Part shown: positions 50,398 to 63,327 of the stretch, in pieces
How positions within the stretch are numbered: position 1 is the stretch's first letter
Layout: each line of letters opens with the position of its first letter
Assembly (NCBI RefSeq): GCF_036321535.1
Contig: NC_087439.1
Location: 2,852,001-2,916,000, forward strand
Source of the DNA: Camelus dromedarius
Taxonomy: Eukaryota
DNA length: 64,000 nt
Direction of reading: 5' to 3'
Translations under genes and position numbers: made by a program
The notes under the pieces: model-generated
Database searches by the model: none
Seen by the model: only the letters and a program-made list of their open reading frames with translations
Told to the model about the DNA's origin: nothing

Positions 50398-51110
50398 CCC
50401 TCTTGTGCATCCATTCAAGAAAACCCAATTAACCGACTGAAATATCATACTCAAATTACAGTGGAATTATGTGTCCCCTCTGCTTAAAACCATTGAAACT
50501 TGTGGCACATCACATCAATGAAGGATACTTCATTTCCAAACGGCGCACGTGCACCAAGCGTGAGTACTAATGACTAATGACGGCCTTTCAGAAGCCGTCA
50601 GTGCTAATGGTTTCATGACCTGGGAAAACTTGACATGTGCTCTGTTTATATGGGAAGCTGAGACCACATCGATGGTATAATATTTCTGCTCATATACACA
50701 ATGCCTTCTGTGGTGTTCCATCTAATCTCAAAAACAAAGATAGCTTTTTGCATGGTCGTCATGCAGAGATGAGGTGGGAAAGCACTTGATCTTAGCCAGA
50801 GGCCGAGAAGCGATGAGGTGGGAAATCAGATAGCATCACGCTCCACTATCACAGGACAAGAAGGGCACTTAGGCCGATCAGTAAGTAATGATTCATAACA
50901 TTGGAGCTGTGATGACCAGAGATTAGGGGACAGCACACTGCGGTGACTAGGAGAAGGTGATCTTCCTCGTTCTCTCCTCTGCCACGTCTGTCTTTACCCC
51001 ACACTGGTCCACTTTGCCGTTTTGTGCCGCAATCTGGCATAAACAAATTCGCCCAGAACGAGGTCTGTAGAGGCACATTTCTCAAGCCTCCTGGAGCCAC
51101 AGTTTCCTCC

Positions 51111-51212
51111 CATCTAGAGCATCTGTCACGGTTGTCCTGAGATGACACAGTCCCTGGATGGATCTGGAGCATCCCTCACGGTCGTCCTGAGATGACGCAG
51201 CCCCCAGATGGA
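51111..51212. repeat. 50-bp tandem duplication (2 diverged copies)
   Basis: catctagagcatctgtcacggttgtcctgagatgacacagtccctggatg / gatctggagcatccctcacggtcgtcctgagatgacgcagcccccagatg. Confidence 0.85.
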
Positions 51213-51971
51213 AATAGGTCTCTTCACCGTAGCCTCTTTGCATCCTGTCCTGGTGCAAAGGGAGGGCACTTCTGTCTTGCAGTCAATTTCTCTCTCTTAA
51301 CATTCAACACAGGGCTGTATGTTTCCTTGGCAAATCCTGTTAGTACCTTAGATGAGTACTATTGATACGTACTTAAAATATAAGTTCATATCTGTTCTAT
51401 CGATACTAACTGGTTAACCATGAATGGAAAAAGAAAGAGTAGTAAGAAAAAAAGAGAATGTGGAAGCTGCTTAAAAACCAACATTAGGTCTAAATGTTCT
51501 TATTTCCTTCCTAATGTTTTATATGAAAATGTTTACAATATAGTGATTCTTCTTTCCAAACCACTGCCTCCATCCTCTCGAGATCGAAATTGCTTTCAAT
51601 TTCCAATGATCAAATGGTGTATTTACCTTAAACTAACTTCTTCAAAAGACAGACACTTGATATGGTGAAGAGTCCCTCCAGTATGACTGAAAAAAAAAAG
51701 TATCTAAAAGTTATAAATGCTAAAGCAGGGAGAGATCCTTCCTGCCTCACATCCTATACTCAAAACAAACAAATTTTGCAGCCTCTTGAAGGGAGGGAGA
51801 GCGTCCACTTCAAATGTCCAAATAAAGTTTAGCACTGAAAGCTTTAATTGAATTTGAAGGCTTCCCAGTTCTAGTCCTCTTTCAAGTGAGCTTTTAAAGA
51901 AATGTGGTGGAAGAAACTCTGGAATAAGCAAGTGGTCGGCCCACACCATCAAGCCACCCAGCCCTCCGCCA

Positions 51972-52418
51972 GTCCCAAGGACACTGCCACCTGTGTGAAG
52001 TGCTGGGTGACTGGTCCCAGGGACGCTGCCACCTGTGTGGTGCTGGGTGACTGGTCCCAGGGACGCTGCCACCTGTGTGGTGCTGGGTGACTGGTCCCAG
52101 GGACGCTGCCACCTGTGTGAAGTGCTGGGTGACTGGTCCCAGGGACGCTGCCACCTGTGTGGTGCTGGGTGACTGGTCCCAAGGACGCTGCCACCTGTGT
52201 GGTGCTGGGTGACTGGTCCCAGGGACGCTGCCACCTGTGTGAAGTGCTGGGTGACTGGTCCCAAGGACGCTGCCACCTGTGTGGTGCTGGGTGACTGGTC
52301 CCAAGGACGCTGCCACCTGTGTGGTGCTGGGTGACTGGTCCCAGGGACGCTGCCACCTGTGTGAAGTGCTGGGTGACTGGTCCCAGGGACGCTGCCACCT
52401 GTGTGAAGTGCTGGGTGA
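51972..52418. repeat. GC-rich minisatellite (VNTR), ~11 units of 40 or 42 bp
   Basis: Unit ggacgctgccacctgtgtg(g|aag)tgctgggtgactggtccca(g|a); units start at 51979, 52021, 52061, 52101, 52143, 52183, 52223, 52265, 52305, 52345, 52387 (partial). Confidence 0.98.
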
Positions 52419-55129
52419 TGGCTTGGAGCCTTAAGTCCAGTCGTGGAGGGGAAGCCATGTGCTGACTTCAAAAGAAGTTTTATCACCAAATCACCAGATG
52501 AGGTTACAGGAAACCCTCTTGATTTTCACTCAGCAAAGCTTGCATTGCTCTCTTCCCCACGCCCTCCATCCGCGTATGTTCTAGGATTAAGAACTGACAC
52601 CACGTTGAAGAGAACTTGACAGTCAGGTGGGGATGAGGGGCTTCGGTGTGTGAGCGTGTCTGTCCGCCGCAGAAATACTCAGGGTTCCCTTACTCTCCCA
52701 CGTGCATGGGAGTGAGCAGGCGCTGGAAGGCTGCCGCCCTCCCTGACTGTGCCCCGGATCTGCCGCTGCACCTTCACCCACCGGGGTCCTGGCGTGCCCC
52801 CAGGGTTCATTCTGCCCAGGAGAAGGGGGCACGGAGGCAAGCTGAGTTCTCAAACAAGACTTAGAAGCAGTCCACACTGAGGATGTTTGCACAGGGTTTC
52901 TCGATTGCATAGGAAACAAATCCACATTTAATCTGCGCAGCCCTGCCCCCCAGATCTGGGGCCATTGTGAAAGAAAGGAGAAATTTCACCGACCTGTGAA
53001 AGGGGTAAACCGGAATTTCTAAGTCAGGTGGGATGCAGACAACAGCTTCAATGTCCAGGTGAGGGCACCTCTAACGCGCTGCATCAGAATGTGTCTCTGC
53101 CCTGGACTGCACGGCCGGGTCACAGCGCTGACCAGTCCCCGGGGGAGGGAGGGACCGTCCACAGGGAGCGCATGTGTTTCAGAGGGAGCCCATCTCCGGC
53201 AGCTGCTTCCCCGCACCGGCAGCCTGGAAGATAAGGATGTAGGAGCCATGGCCCCTTGCCCCCGTGAGACATGCCGGGTACAGGTGAGTTTACAGAAAGA
53301 AGCCGAAAAGGCACCCGCTGTCCTGGCAGTTTGATGCCACCGGCTTACCCCCAATATCCCGGCGGCGGCTGAGCCAGAGGCGACCAGCCTAGAGGGACTG
53401 TGACAAGGTCTGTGCGTAAAGAGCACTTGGCATCTTGTCATTGAGGCAGGCTCTTCAGCATCTCTTCCCAAATCACACTTAGGGTCTGCAGGAGGGCGTA
53501 GGTCATCTCAGGTTTCCGAAAGGGAGTCAGGGTTTATAAAACATTAGAAAAGACTTGGCTGCATTTTTCTCTTTTTTTTTTTTAATTTTTTTTACTACAT
53601 CTCTCTCTTCAAATTATCTTGGAACCAAGTCCAGCTCCTTGCTGTTGTCTTTTAAATTGTGACATCCATCAACCTACCATAGTGAAACACAAAAAATTAA
53701 GTTGTACGTGTAACAGCCTCCTGCACAGATATGTATACACAGGTTCATGCATGTTAGAGGATGCCTGTCCGGTTACTGGCCACGTGGTAAAGCACAGCCC
53801 GCCTGAAGGTCCTGCCTCTTCCCTCTACGGAGCGGACAGGGCACCCAGGGGAGTGCCAGGTAGCTGTCCCATTAGCAGGAGCAGGGGTCTCCTCCAGGAG
53901 TCTTGGCACGGCCGTCCCTCGGCCTCTGCCATCTGGATTGCCCTGCAGCCAGCTGGGTGTGTCAGCCGCACAGTTTCAACACTGGTATCTGATGGGAGGG
54001 ACGTGGTGAGCAGGTGTCTTCCCCACACAGATGACACTGAGGTCCCATCCCGGGCAGGTGCCAGCCAGCCACACTTCAGTGTCCTGACTGCCCACGGCCG
54101 CATCCAGACCCTGCAGACACACAGAGGGCGAGTCTGTGCTGGCGCCATGGAGGGGGTGCCTGCCCCAAACGTGCCCGTGTTCAGAGCATAACCTCCCAAG
54201 CATGAGACAGTCACTTTCACACTTGTCCATCCCACAGCCCCTCTAGTCCCCCTGCAGACGGAGCTGGTGCTTGGTTCTCTCTCCAGCAGGTGCCGTGTCC
54301 TGGACACAGCGCTGGCCTCTTCCCTGCGACCTCTCCTGGAACCAGCTCACACTGCCCAGGGCTTCGGTGGGTGCCCTTCCGTGGAGATTCAGAGATGGGA
54401 GAGGGGGAAGTATTCACGAGCCCATCCGGGTCCTGGTGCGGAAGTCAGAGCCCTGACGTGGCAGCAGCCCAGCCCCGACGGACACCGGGCGGCTCTGAGG
54501 AGCCTTCAGAGAAGACTGAAGTCAGTGGCCCAATGAGCCATCCTTCAGAAGGGGACGCTGTTTCCTGTGAACTGAGGTGTGACTTCCTCTCGTCCTAACA
54601 CCCCTCCCCACATGGTGGAATGCTTGAAGCAAAAATAAATTGAAGTCACGACATTGTATATCAACTATATTTCAATACAAAACAAAAATTTTAAAAAATC
54701 CATACATTGAAAAAAATGAAAAAAATTATTTATAAACTTGCAGTCTTGTCTTGATTCCCTTTGGGGAGGGAAGGGTCTGGGACGCAGCCAAAGGAGGTGT
54801 CGCCTCTGTCTCGGGCACAGAGACGGCGTGCGGCCACATGTGATGAGAAGGCACAGCCTGGCCTGTAGCGTGTGTGGGCTTCACCCCTGGTCCCATTCTG
54901 CAGCTCAGTGACTGGGGCCTCCTCCGGCCACACTTTGCACTGAGGACCAGCAGTCTCAACATCCGTGCCAAGTGCAGCCCAGCCTGTGTGCAGACCAGTG
55001 AACGTGCTCAATTCTCGGTTAACGGCAGATGAGTGGTTGATGGTATTACAAGAAACAGAGGGACTGACAGCAGGGAGGACAGGTCAAGTCTTGGACCAGA
55101 AGACCTGAGGTTGGCTGTGACATCAATTG

Positions 55130-55290
55130 TGCATCAGTGAGCTCTTAGCAAGTTGTGCTGCAGAACAAAAACCCCCAGTGCAGTGGTTCGGAACAATGCA
55201 CTTGGCTGTGGGTTGGCTGAGCTCTGTGGCTCTGCTGTGCATCCTGGGTGCAGGTGGGAGTTACTCCAGCCCAGTTAACCACTGCTCTAG
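55130..55290 (-). mobile_element. Old MLT1 LTR fragment
   Basis: tgcatcagtgagctcttagcaagttgtgctgcagaacaaaaacccc resembles the reverse MLT1 3' end. Confidence 0.4.
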
Positions 55291-55379
55291 CCTATCTCTG
55301 CAGAGTTCCCCTCTCTGCACTTTTCCCGTAAGTGCCATCATGGGACGTGTGGTCGTCTGTGACTGGCCTCTTCCGCTCA

Positions 55380-55560
55380 GCATGTGCTCATCCAGGTTGA
55401 AGCCCGTGTCATTCTGCATCCCTCTTCGTGGCGGCCAGTATCCCACTGTGTGGACACGCCCCCTTTGTCTACCCACTCACCTGTCGGTGGACTCTGGGGA
55501 GTTCCATTTTGGGGGACATGCTGCCAGTCTCTCAGGTATGTACGAACAAATATTGCCCCC
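55380..55560 (-). mobile_element. L1 3'-region fragment
   Basis: catccaggttgaagc..agtatcccactgtgtggacac..ttgtctacccactcacctgtcggtggactctggg matches reverse L1. Confidence 0.6.
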
Positions 55561-58500
55561 CAAGGAAACCGAAACGTACTTCCACTGTGCTCCAACTACC
55601 ATAAGGTCAGATCTCCTTGGATTTTGACAACAATATAACACAGTGGTCCAATATTTAAACAGGTAACTGTTTTTTAATTCAAATTTTCTTCTCAAATAAC
55701 CACTTTCTCAAAAAGAAGCAGATAACCTTGTGTAGAGGGGAGGAAAGCAAACACAGGGGATAAAGGCAGGGAAACTATTGACTGTAAAGAACAACAAAAT
55801 CTTTCCCCAGGGCCCCTCCCACCGCACGTCCAGGCTCCGGGGAAGCCAGGCTACTGACACGCCTGACAGCAGAGGAGCCACGTGGAAAAGCTGCTCCAAT
55901 TACTGGCTGCGCTTGTAAGTGGAAGCAGAAAGTACCAAGCCGTTTGCTCCATGGCTAGACAGGGAGTGTATAATGCATAGCGCTGCGCAGGTTCTGTCAT
56001 AGCCTCAGCGCTAAATAAAACGGCCACTGCTCACGAGGACTCCGTCAGAGGCCCGCGGCGGGGTGGGGCGTAAGTAAGGTTCGTGGTTCTCTCATTTTAT
56101 TATGAGAATTAATAGACTCACTCGCTGACCTTTGCTGCACGATACTGAATCTACTTAACTGGTGGGCACCTGTGATGTAGGAGCCCATGCCGGGCAATTA
56201 TACAGACATACTTGAAGTCATTTAAACATCAGTTTTTATTCTTGTATTTTTATAGGGACAGCCATGAGAGAAATACTGTCATTTTCTATCATAAGAGATT
56301 TGGAAAAGACAAATTCAAAACATGAGCTACTCAAGCTGCGTCAGGAGCAATCTCCTCTGCGTGGCATTATACCTTCATTGTGTGCATTGCCAAAGGGAAA
56401 GACACTTTTTTCCTGAAAGGCCATCATTTAGACCTTAGATTATTCCTAAGCTTTTTAAATCCAGGAGGCAATGAGAGGAAACCAAGGGCTTAGTGAATTT
56501 TTCACTCTGGAAAACAAATAAGGAGAAGCTCTTCTGCTGGTCTGGGCGGCAGGACACCCACCAGCTTGGCTGTGTTTTGGAGCAATGTGTATTGAACGCT
56601 GTTAGGTGAGCCGTGTTTCTTAAAGGGTTTGCTTCCAAATAGAAGCTTTGGAGGGTGGGGTGTGTTTACACCTGCCAGGTGCACACTTGGTGTCTACAGT
56701 GGTGTTGGTGCTGCAGCCCCGGGAGCCAGCTGCCTACGTGCCACCGTCAGGGGCTGGGGTCCCGGGAGGAAGGTGCTGGGCGTCACACGTGATCTGCCCT
56801 TTCATGAAGTGGCCGCATGAGGACCCCCATCACCAGGTGTGCACTGATGGCAGACGTGCTATTGTCGGTAGTGGGGGCAGTGAGGTCAACCAGTTTAGCG
56901 TCCGGATCCTCTCATCCGGGCTCTGAGCACCTGGAGGACAAGGACGCCACCAGTGACACAGTCACCTGCCGGGGCTGCCAATCCCACCTTCCGCTGACCG
57001 GGACACCTCAGCCCTGAGGGTCTGCGTCTTTTCCCACTGTGTTTCCGATGCCCACAATTGCCAAAACCTCGTCTACACCCATGGTGCACCCCTGAGGCTG
57101 AGCCCTGTTATCTCTGCTGCGAGTTGTCCTGGTCTCTGTGTATCTGCCGCATTTACCCATGGCCGCAGGAGCCCCTCCGGCCCCAGTGGTCAAGTGAACA
57201 CAAAGCAATCGAAACCCTGTGGACTTCCACCCGACTGGGGCTTCCGGGGGTGGGGACTGCTTGCCCTGGTCCCCCTCGCAGACCCAGAGCCTTGAAGAGA
57301 ACATAGAGCAAGAACGCAATAGATGTATCTCAACATCCAGGATCCCGGGGAGGGGCCGCCAGGAAGAGAGACGTCCAGGAACCCAGGGCCACCTAGCGCG
57401 CACATAGCCATATAGGGTGGGGAGTCTCCCACTCATTGTCCCAGGGGTCCCCAGTCCTGCAGCCCCCCCACCTCCCACCTGGCAGGTATTAGGGTCCCGG
57501 GTCTGCTCCCCTGGTGGCTGGGCGGGGCCACAAGGGATTCTGCCTGGGGTCCGGGGACACAGCCAGTCCTGGGTGCGAGCAGGACCTGGGGGGAAGGAAG
57601 GCACTTCCCTGCGTGTGTGGCAAAGGCCACCTTTGAGATACGGCTGCTCCCCTAGCCTGGATCCCCACAGCGAGCAGAGCCTGGTGTATGGGAAAAGCAA
57701 GACCCACCTTTGTTCGTCCTTCTAAGGCCCGGGTGTCCGGATTATTTGCTCCCCCTGCAGAGCCCTGCCCGCGCTGACGGCAGGCTAGACCCCGGCCTGG
57801 CCCTGTCCCCAGCTGACCCTCACCCCGCTCTCTCTGTGCCTGGGGTCTGCACTGACGGTGATGTCACAAAACCCTGTGTGGCCACACCCCAGGGCGGCCA
57901 GATCATCCCCTGACTGCCTCCCTCAGCCCAGCGGCCCCAGGTAGCCAGGGACGTCCCTCCTGCGGCTCTCTACATGGGGAGGAACTCCTTTCCTTCACTC
58001 CGCTTAATGCAGTTCAATAGCCAAGGCTCTACTTTAAAAACCGACTCTACTAACCCTGTGGAACCAAAGGAAAGAAACCACAAGGTTCACGATGCAGGAA
58101 GGTGAAGCCTTGTCCGTCCCGTATGCTGAATCCTTAGATGATTCTGGACCCGAAGACCATCCTGCGCTGTCTGCACCTGCACCTTGTGGGCTTTCAGCCT
58201 CCAGCTTCATAACAACTTTCCTAATTTCTACTCATTCATTCAAAATACCATTGTTGGGAGCGTGTATTTAGATGAGAAATAAGACAAAGAGGGTTGTCAC
58301 TTAGTGGGCAGGAGGACCCTTCTGAGAGCTAAAGTGGGAGCTCGGAAAAGGGAACAGAGACGTAGCGGACGCTGCCATGTGGGGAGCAGGGGACCCTGGG
58401 CAGCAGACACCTGGTCACCACACCTGCCCCTCGGGGTCCTCGCCGCCGGGCCCCCTGTGCGCTCTGCACCTCCAGCCCCAGCAGAAGGATGCTTTCCCGC

Positions 58501-59431
58501 AAAGGAGAGCGCCAGCACGAGACTGTGGACTGGAGAGGAACGCACGTGCCTCTGTCTCTCCCTCCGGATGTGGCTCCCAGCCGGCATGCTCCTGCACCTG
58601 CCTCCCTCTCTTACCTCCGCTCTGCCCACCCCAAGTCTACCCCCTCCGGGCCTGGGAAGCTGCCAGTTTCTGTGGGGACTCTCTCTCCTTTACACCTTCG
58701 GTGCTTGACTTAGAAGGCTTCTGGCGCTGCTCTAAGAGTTAGCCCTGCTCTGAGTGATCATGAGTAAGAGGGTGTGAAGAGAGGGGTTTGACAGACAGAC
58801 TATCACGCAAAGTGAGACACTGGGAAAGAGAAATGGAGAGTTTCACAAAACTACAGGAGTCGGCCTCGTGGCTGGAGAACGCGCTGCCCTCTTTGAGTGT
58901 ATAATTCAGGTTTCTGGTGGAGTTGGGAAGGGAAGATTTGGCATGAAGACTTTCTGGGGGGAGAGGGCGGTAATAAATGTGTTTGAGGAGAGGCTGAAAT
59001 CCATGAGGGAGACACCAGCCCCTCCCCACCAGAGGGTGGGAGACCGTCCCAGGACAGTCCAGCTTCAGCAATTTTCCTGACACCTGGGTTTTTTCCCACC
59101 AGCCTAAGGGGTCGGAAGGGGAGCTTGGGAGGGGTGGTAATGCCCCGAGGAGGCAGACCCAGCCCCCTCCCCGGCCAGCACAGCGGGACGTGGGGGGGTG
59201 GGGGTGCTCAGTAGCAGGGACAGCTTTAGCTGTTGGGTCAGGAAGGTGTTTGTGACACATACTCTAGGACATCATATTCCCTCAAAATTCACCAAAAACC
59301 CACGGGAGCACTAGTTTTCTTCTAGCAATTGGGGGAGAACATCCCCGCTGCACTTTGAAAACACAGTGTGAGACTAAACTGAGCCGTATTTCGGTGCTCC
59401 CCACCTGGTCACCTCATTCAAAGGGCAGGGT

Positions 59432-59445
59432 CCACCAGAGGGCCT
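59432..59445 (+). promoter_or_regulatory. CTCF-like motif
   Basis: CCACCAGAGGGCCT vs consensus core CCACCAGAGGGCGC; motif match only. Confidence 0.3.
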
Positions 59446-62149
59446 AATGGATCCAGGCGTGCTCTGCCAGCATCTAGAACATTCTAAGTCCTAAACAAAG
59501 GCCTGCTGATTTTAAATGTTCAGATGAAAGCAATTTCCACTACCAACCCCTTCCCCCCGCCGGCAATATTTGCAGACCTGGGCATTTTTTTAAAGTGATG
59601 GGGCAAACCTCTAGCACAGTGAGGGCAGAGATATGGATTGTAACTCAATTATTAGCTTACTTTTGAAGTGTTGGAATTCACAGCTTTGTGCAGAGGAGTA
59701 AGTAGCCCGAATGTTAGAGACACTTCTCAGGGAGAGGTTTTTCTATTAAAATGGAGCTACTCCTTGCGATGGATAAGGGCAGTGCTGTCTGAACACGTCC
59801 TGCCGCACACAAGGGTGCAAATCAACACTCGGACAGGCTCAACATTTGTTTATCTTTGTTCATGGTCCCTGCTTCTTTTTATAAAGTCTCGTAAATTTAC
59901 TTTCCCTCAGGTGTTCTGACACTCTTCCTACTCAAATTAGTAACTTCTGCTGTGTTATTAATTTACTTAGAAAATGGAATAGTACTAAGACTCAGGCCTT
60001 TACTATAAACATTATTATGCTAATAAGACTCAGTAAGCATTTGGGTTGTTAGAATCTGTCAGGTCCTCCCCTCCAGATTGTGGTGCCAGGAAACACCCCC
60101 ACAGCGCACTTGGAGCAGCTGGTTCCAGACACACCCTATTCCGGGGACATCACTGCCCTCCACTCGGATGGAGGGGGAGTCCCAGCCCCATGCAGGGCCA
60201 AACACATGAGGCTGAAATCCTTCCCACCCAGTTCCCTTGTGACTCAGTAAGGAAGGCTGGACAGGTGGGTGCTGAGAGCCGCCACCACCTTGCGCAGGTG
60301 AGGGGAGGCCTGGCGCCCACTTCTGCCTGGGTTCCCCACGTTCACATTCAGGCTGAGGGCCCTCTGGGCTGAGTGAGTGTCACTGGGCCGTCTGCTCATC
60401 TGGGGCCTGGGTTAAGGAGGTTCCTTCCCTTCTCCTGCCCTGCGGTGGGTCTCCTCACCAACTGGGCACTTTTGAAACATGAAGGCTTGGCCGCTGTGTT
60501 TCATTCAGCAGGAAGTGGTCAGAGTAGTTGAAATCCTTTTCTCTCCCAGTCTGTGCATTTAGGCTCCAACCCAGCCTCTGTCCCTGAAAGCTCAGCACGT
60601 AACCGTAGCTCTGAATGGAGCACCTTCTGCTGTTCAGGGGTCCAGCTGGGAACTGTAGGAGATGCGGATTTTATCACAGGGGAGGAAAGCCCCCCGAGTG
60701 GTGAAACCCCTGGGTGCAGCTCCTCTGACCTGCTTGCAGTTCTCTCATTCCCCTCCCTCCACCCCCACGCACAGGCTCACGTTTCAAAAGTGCCCAGTCG
60801 GAGGGTGCCGAGGACAGAAATGGGGTCTCCAGCGTTCCAGTTCTTGGTGCCCTGTGGATCTGAAACCTTCTGAATTCAGACACTTACACAACTATTGCTC
60901 CTGAGCAGAGTCCCCAGTAAATAGTTTCCTCTCATCTCAAAGTATCACCCACACAGTAGATGGAAATTGAAGAGGCCTGTTGCCTGGGGCACAGCCATGG
61001 AACTGACCAAGCACAGCAGACAAGACCTCAGCTGAAGCCCAGCTCCCTCCTGCTTTTTGCTCTCATTGTCTTTGCCTCACATGTCATGTTCCACAAAAGA
61101 AGAGCATTTGGTAAGCACAGACCAGACCACTGGAGCCCTGTGGGTGCACAGAGCTGACTGTATTGACCACACTTTGGTGTAATTGATGGAAATAGCGTGC
61201 CTCACCTTCAAAACTGAAGATGCTCGTTGCAGGTTGGTAAATACTTAAAATGTCATTTTTTAAAAAAGCACTTTTGCAAGTCAAGTTTCTAGACTTTGAA
61301 TTGATGACTTAAAAACTTCAGAGAAAAACATAAATGGAGAAAATGCAATTTTACATGCTATAAACTACTTAAAAAAATTAAGAGACTAACAGATTCTAAG
61401 ACTTTTTGTCAAGGGATAATATATTTTTTTAACACATATAAAGTTTCTTTATAAACTGTCTGCCTTTCCAAAGAAGAGTATGTATTCAGAGGGTGTACAA
61501 TTTGAATGTAGATTATTTTAACATGAAAAGTGATTACATGAAGAAAACTACTGAAAGCCTCAGGAAAAGTGACATTTAAACAACATGAGCCATTTGGAGT
61601 GGATTCTAGCATTTGTGGCTTTTCCTACAGAGCAAAGCAAAATATATTTTTGTATTTGCCAGCATGCACCCAAGTAAAAGTGTGTGTGCCAAAGTCTCCA
61701 TTCCAGAGCACCCCCAGTGGGGCAGTTTTCACTGATGTTGGTGATGGATCAAGTTTACCTTAGTCTTCACACACTGGAGAGCTATCAATTCCAGCCCATC
61801 ACGACGTGGGTGATTAGGAGGTAGCACATCCCAACCGTGCAGGAGACGACCATCATTGGGAAGCCCAACCTGAAACACAAAGAAAAGTGAATTCTGGTGT
61901 CTGGTGTCTGGAAAGTACTGTGAGACCTAGATTATCTTATGATGTTATTGCAAACGAATGCAGCCTTAGGAGATTTCTGTTTCCACCAAGGTAATTACCT
62001 CTTATTTCTAGAAATCAAAAAGTTGGGCTCAGCCTAGATGATCTGAATGCATGCCTTCATTAGATGGCCCCCATTGTGTGCCATTTTATTTGAGACTTGC
62101 TTTTAGCTTGCACATTTTTTTTTAAGCTCATCTTTTTTCTTAACATGTC

Positions 62150-62300
62150 CAATTTTTATTTATTTACTTGGGAGAGGTAATTTATTTATTTTATTTATTT
62201 ATATACAGATACATATTTTTAGTGGAAGTACTGGGGATTGAACCCAGGACGTCGTGCATGCTAAGCACTCACTCTACCACTTAAGCTATACCCTCCCCCC
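62150..62300 (-). mobile_element. Vic-1-type tRNA-derived SINE, full length
   Basis: Minus strand gggggagggtatagcttaagtggtagag..cttagcatgcacgacgtcctgggttcaatccccagtac with A and B boxes and (taaa)n tail. Confidence 0.92.
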
Positions 62301-62694
62301 AAATTTGTAATTTAGAGCCTCGATTTGTTCATTAGAGGGTTGGTTTTGATGATAACACTTACTCACAACTGCCAATGTCATGTAACTGAGCCATGATTTA
62401 AATTTCTGATGTTCTGTGCCTGCATCATCTTTTTTTTTCCAGTGAAGTTGGATGTTTTTATTTCTGTTACCTTTGTATTGCCAACACTTAGTATGGCACC
62501 TAGCATAGACCGTATTAATTTTGTTGAATAATACACAGTTCCATAGATTTTTTCATACATATTATTATAATCAAAAATATTTTAAATAAATGAGTCAAAC
62601 TATCTGTGTGATAATCTTGTGATCAGTGTTGAACTTAACTAATCAAATAGAACAACTTGGTTTTTAGAGAAATTCTTTTTTTTTCTTTTCTTCT

Positions 62695-62938
62695 AAGAAT
62701 CTACATGAGTGATATCATATGGTATTTTTCTTTCTCTTTCTGACTTACTTCACTTAGAATGATCTCCAGGTCCATTCATGTTGCTGACTAAGTTTTATTT
62801 ATTTATTTTTTGTTATTGACATATAGTCAGTTTACAATGCTGTGTCAGTTTCTGGTGTACAGCCCAATGCTTCAGTCATACATGAATACACATATATTCA
62901 TTTTCATATTCTTTTTCACCGTCAGCTACTACAAGTAT
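62695..62938 (-). mobile_element. Two adjacent L1 3' fragments
   Basis: atgagtgatatcatatggtatttttctttctctttctgacttacttcacttag.. then a second tail ttattgacatatagtcagtttacaatgctgtgtcagtttctggtgtacag. Confidence 0.8.
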
Positions 62939-62944
62939 TGTCCT

Positions 62945-63327
62945 TGTAAGAGAGCTGATTTAACCCCAGAAATGTCACATTTCCATAGACCCTTGAAATT
63001 CCTCATGCTGAAAGCTAGGGGTAGCTTGAGAGATAGGATTGAAAAATAATCACTTGTCTAAAGAAGGGAAGAGGGGAGAACAGGATTTTCTTCCGTATTC
63101 TGTGAGGTGCAAGGTGTACGTGTAGGCATGCCCCAAAACAAAAGTAAGTCACTAGAAGATGAAAGTTTCCCTCATTATACGTGTCCCACAATGTACCTGT
63201 ATTTCCACAAATTCCCATCCTGACTAAGAAATCCCAATAGGTCCTCACTTGGAGTTTGGAATCCATGTTTTGAAGCCATCGCTTAACGCTGCACTGTCAC
63301 TGGGGGAGGTCCCTTGTAACGGTTACA
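62945..63327. mobile_element. Putative LTR-like insertion
   Basis: TGTAA...TTACA ends, interrupts the L1 fragment; family not recognised. Confidence 0.3.

Noticed and set aside
51704-52489. 261-aa, 169-aa and 140-aa repetitive ORFs; CRISPR-like periodicity
   Set aside because: All come from the minisatellite. Units are contiguous with no unique spacers, and the DNA is mammalian.
62225-62300. tRNA gene
   Set aside because: A/B boxes belong to a SINE head followed by an A-rich tail; no cloverleaf acceptor stem.
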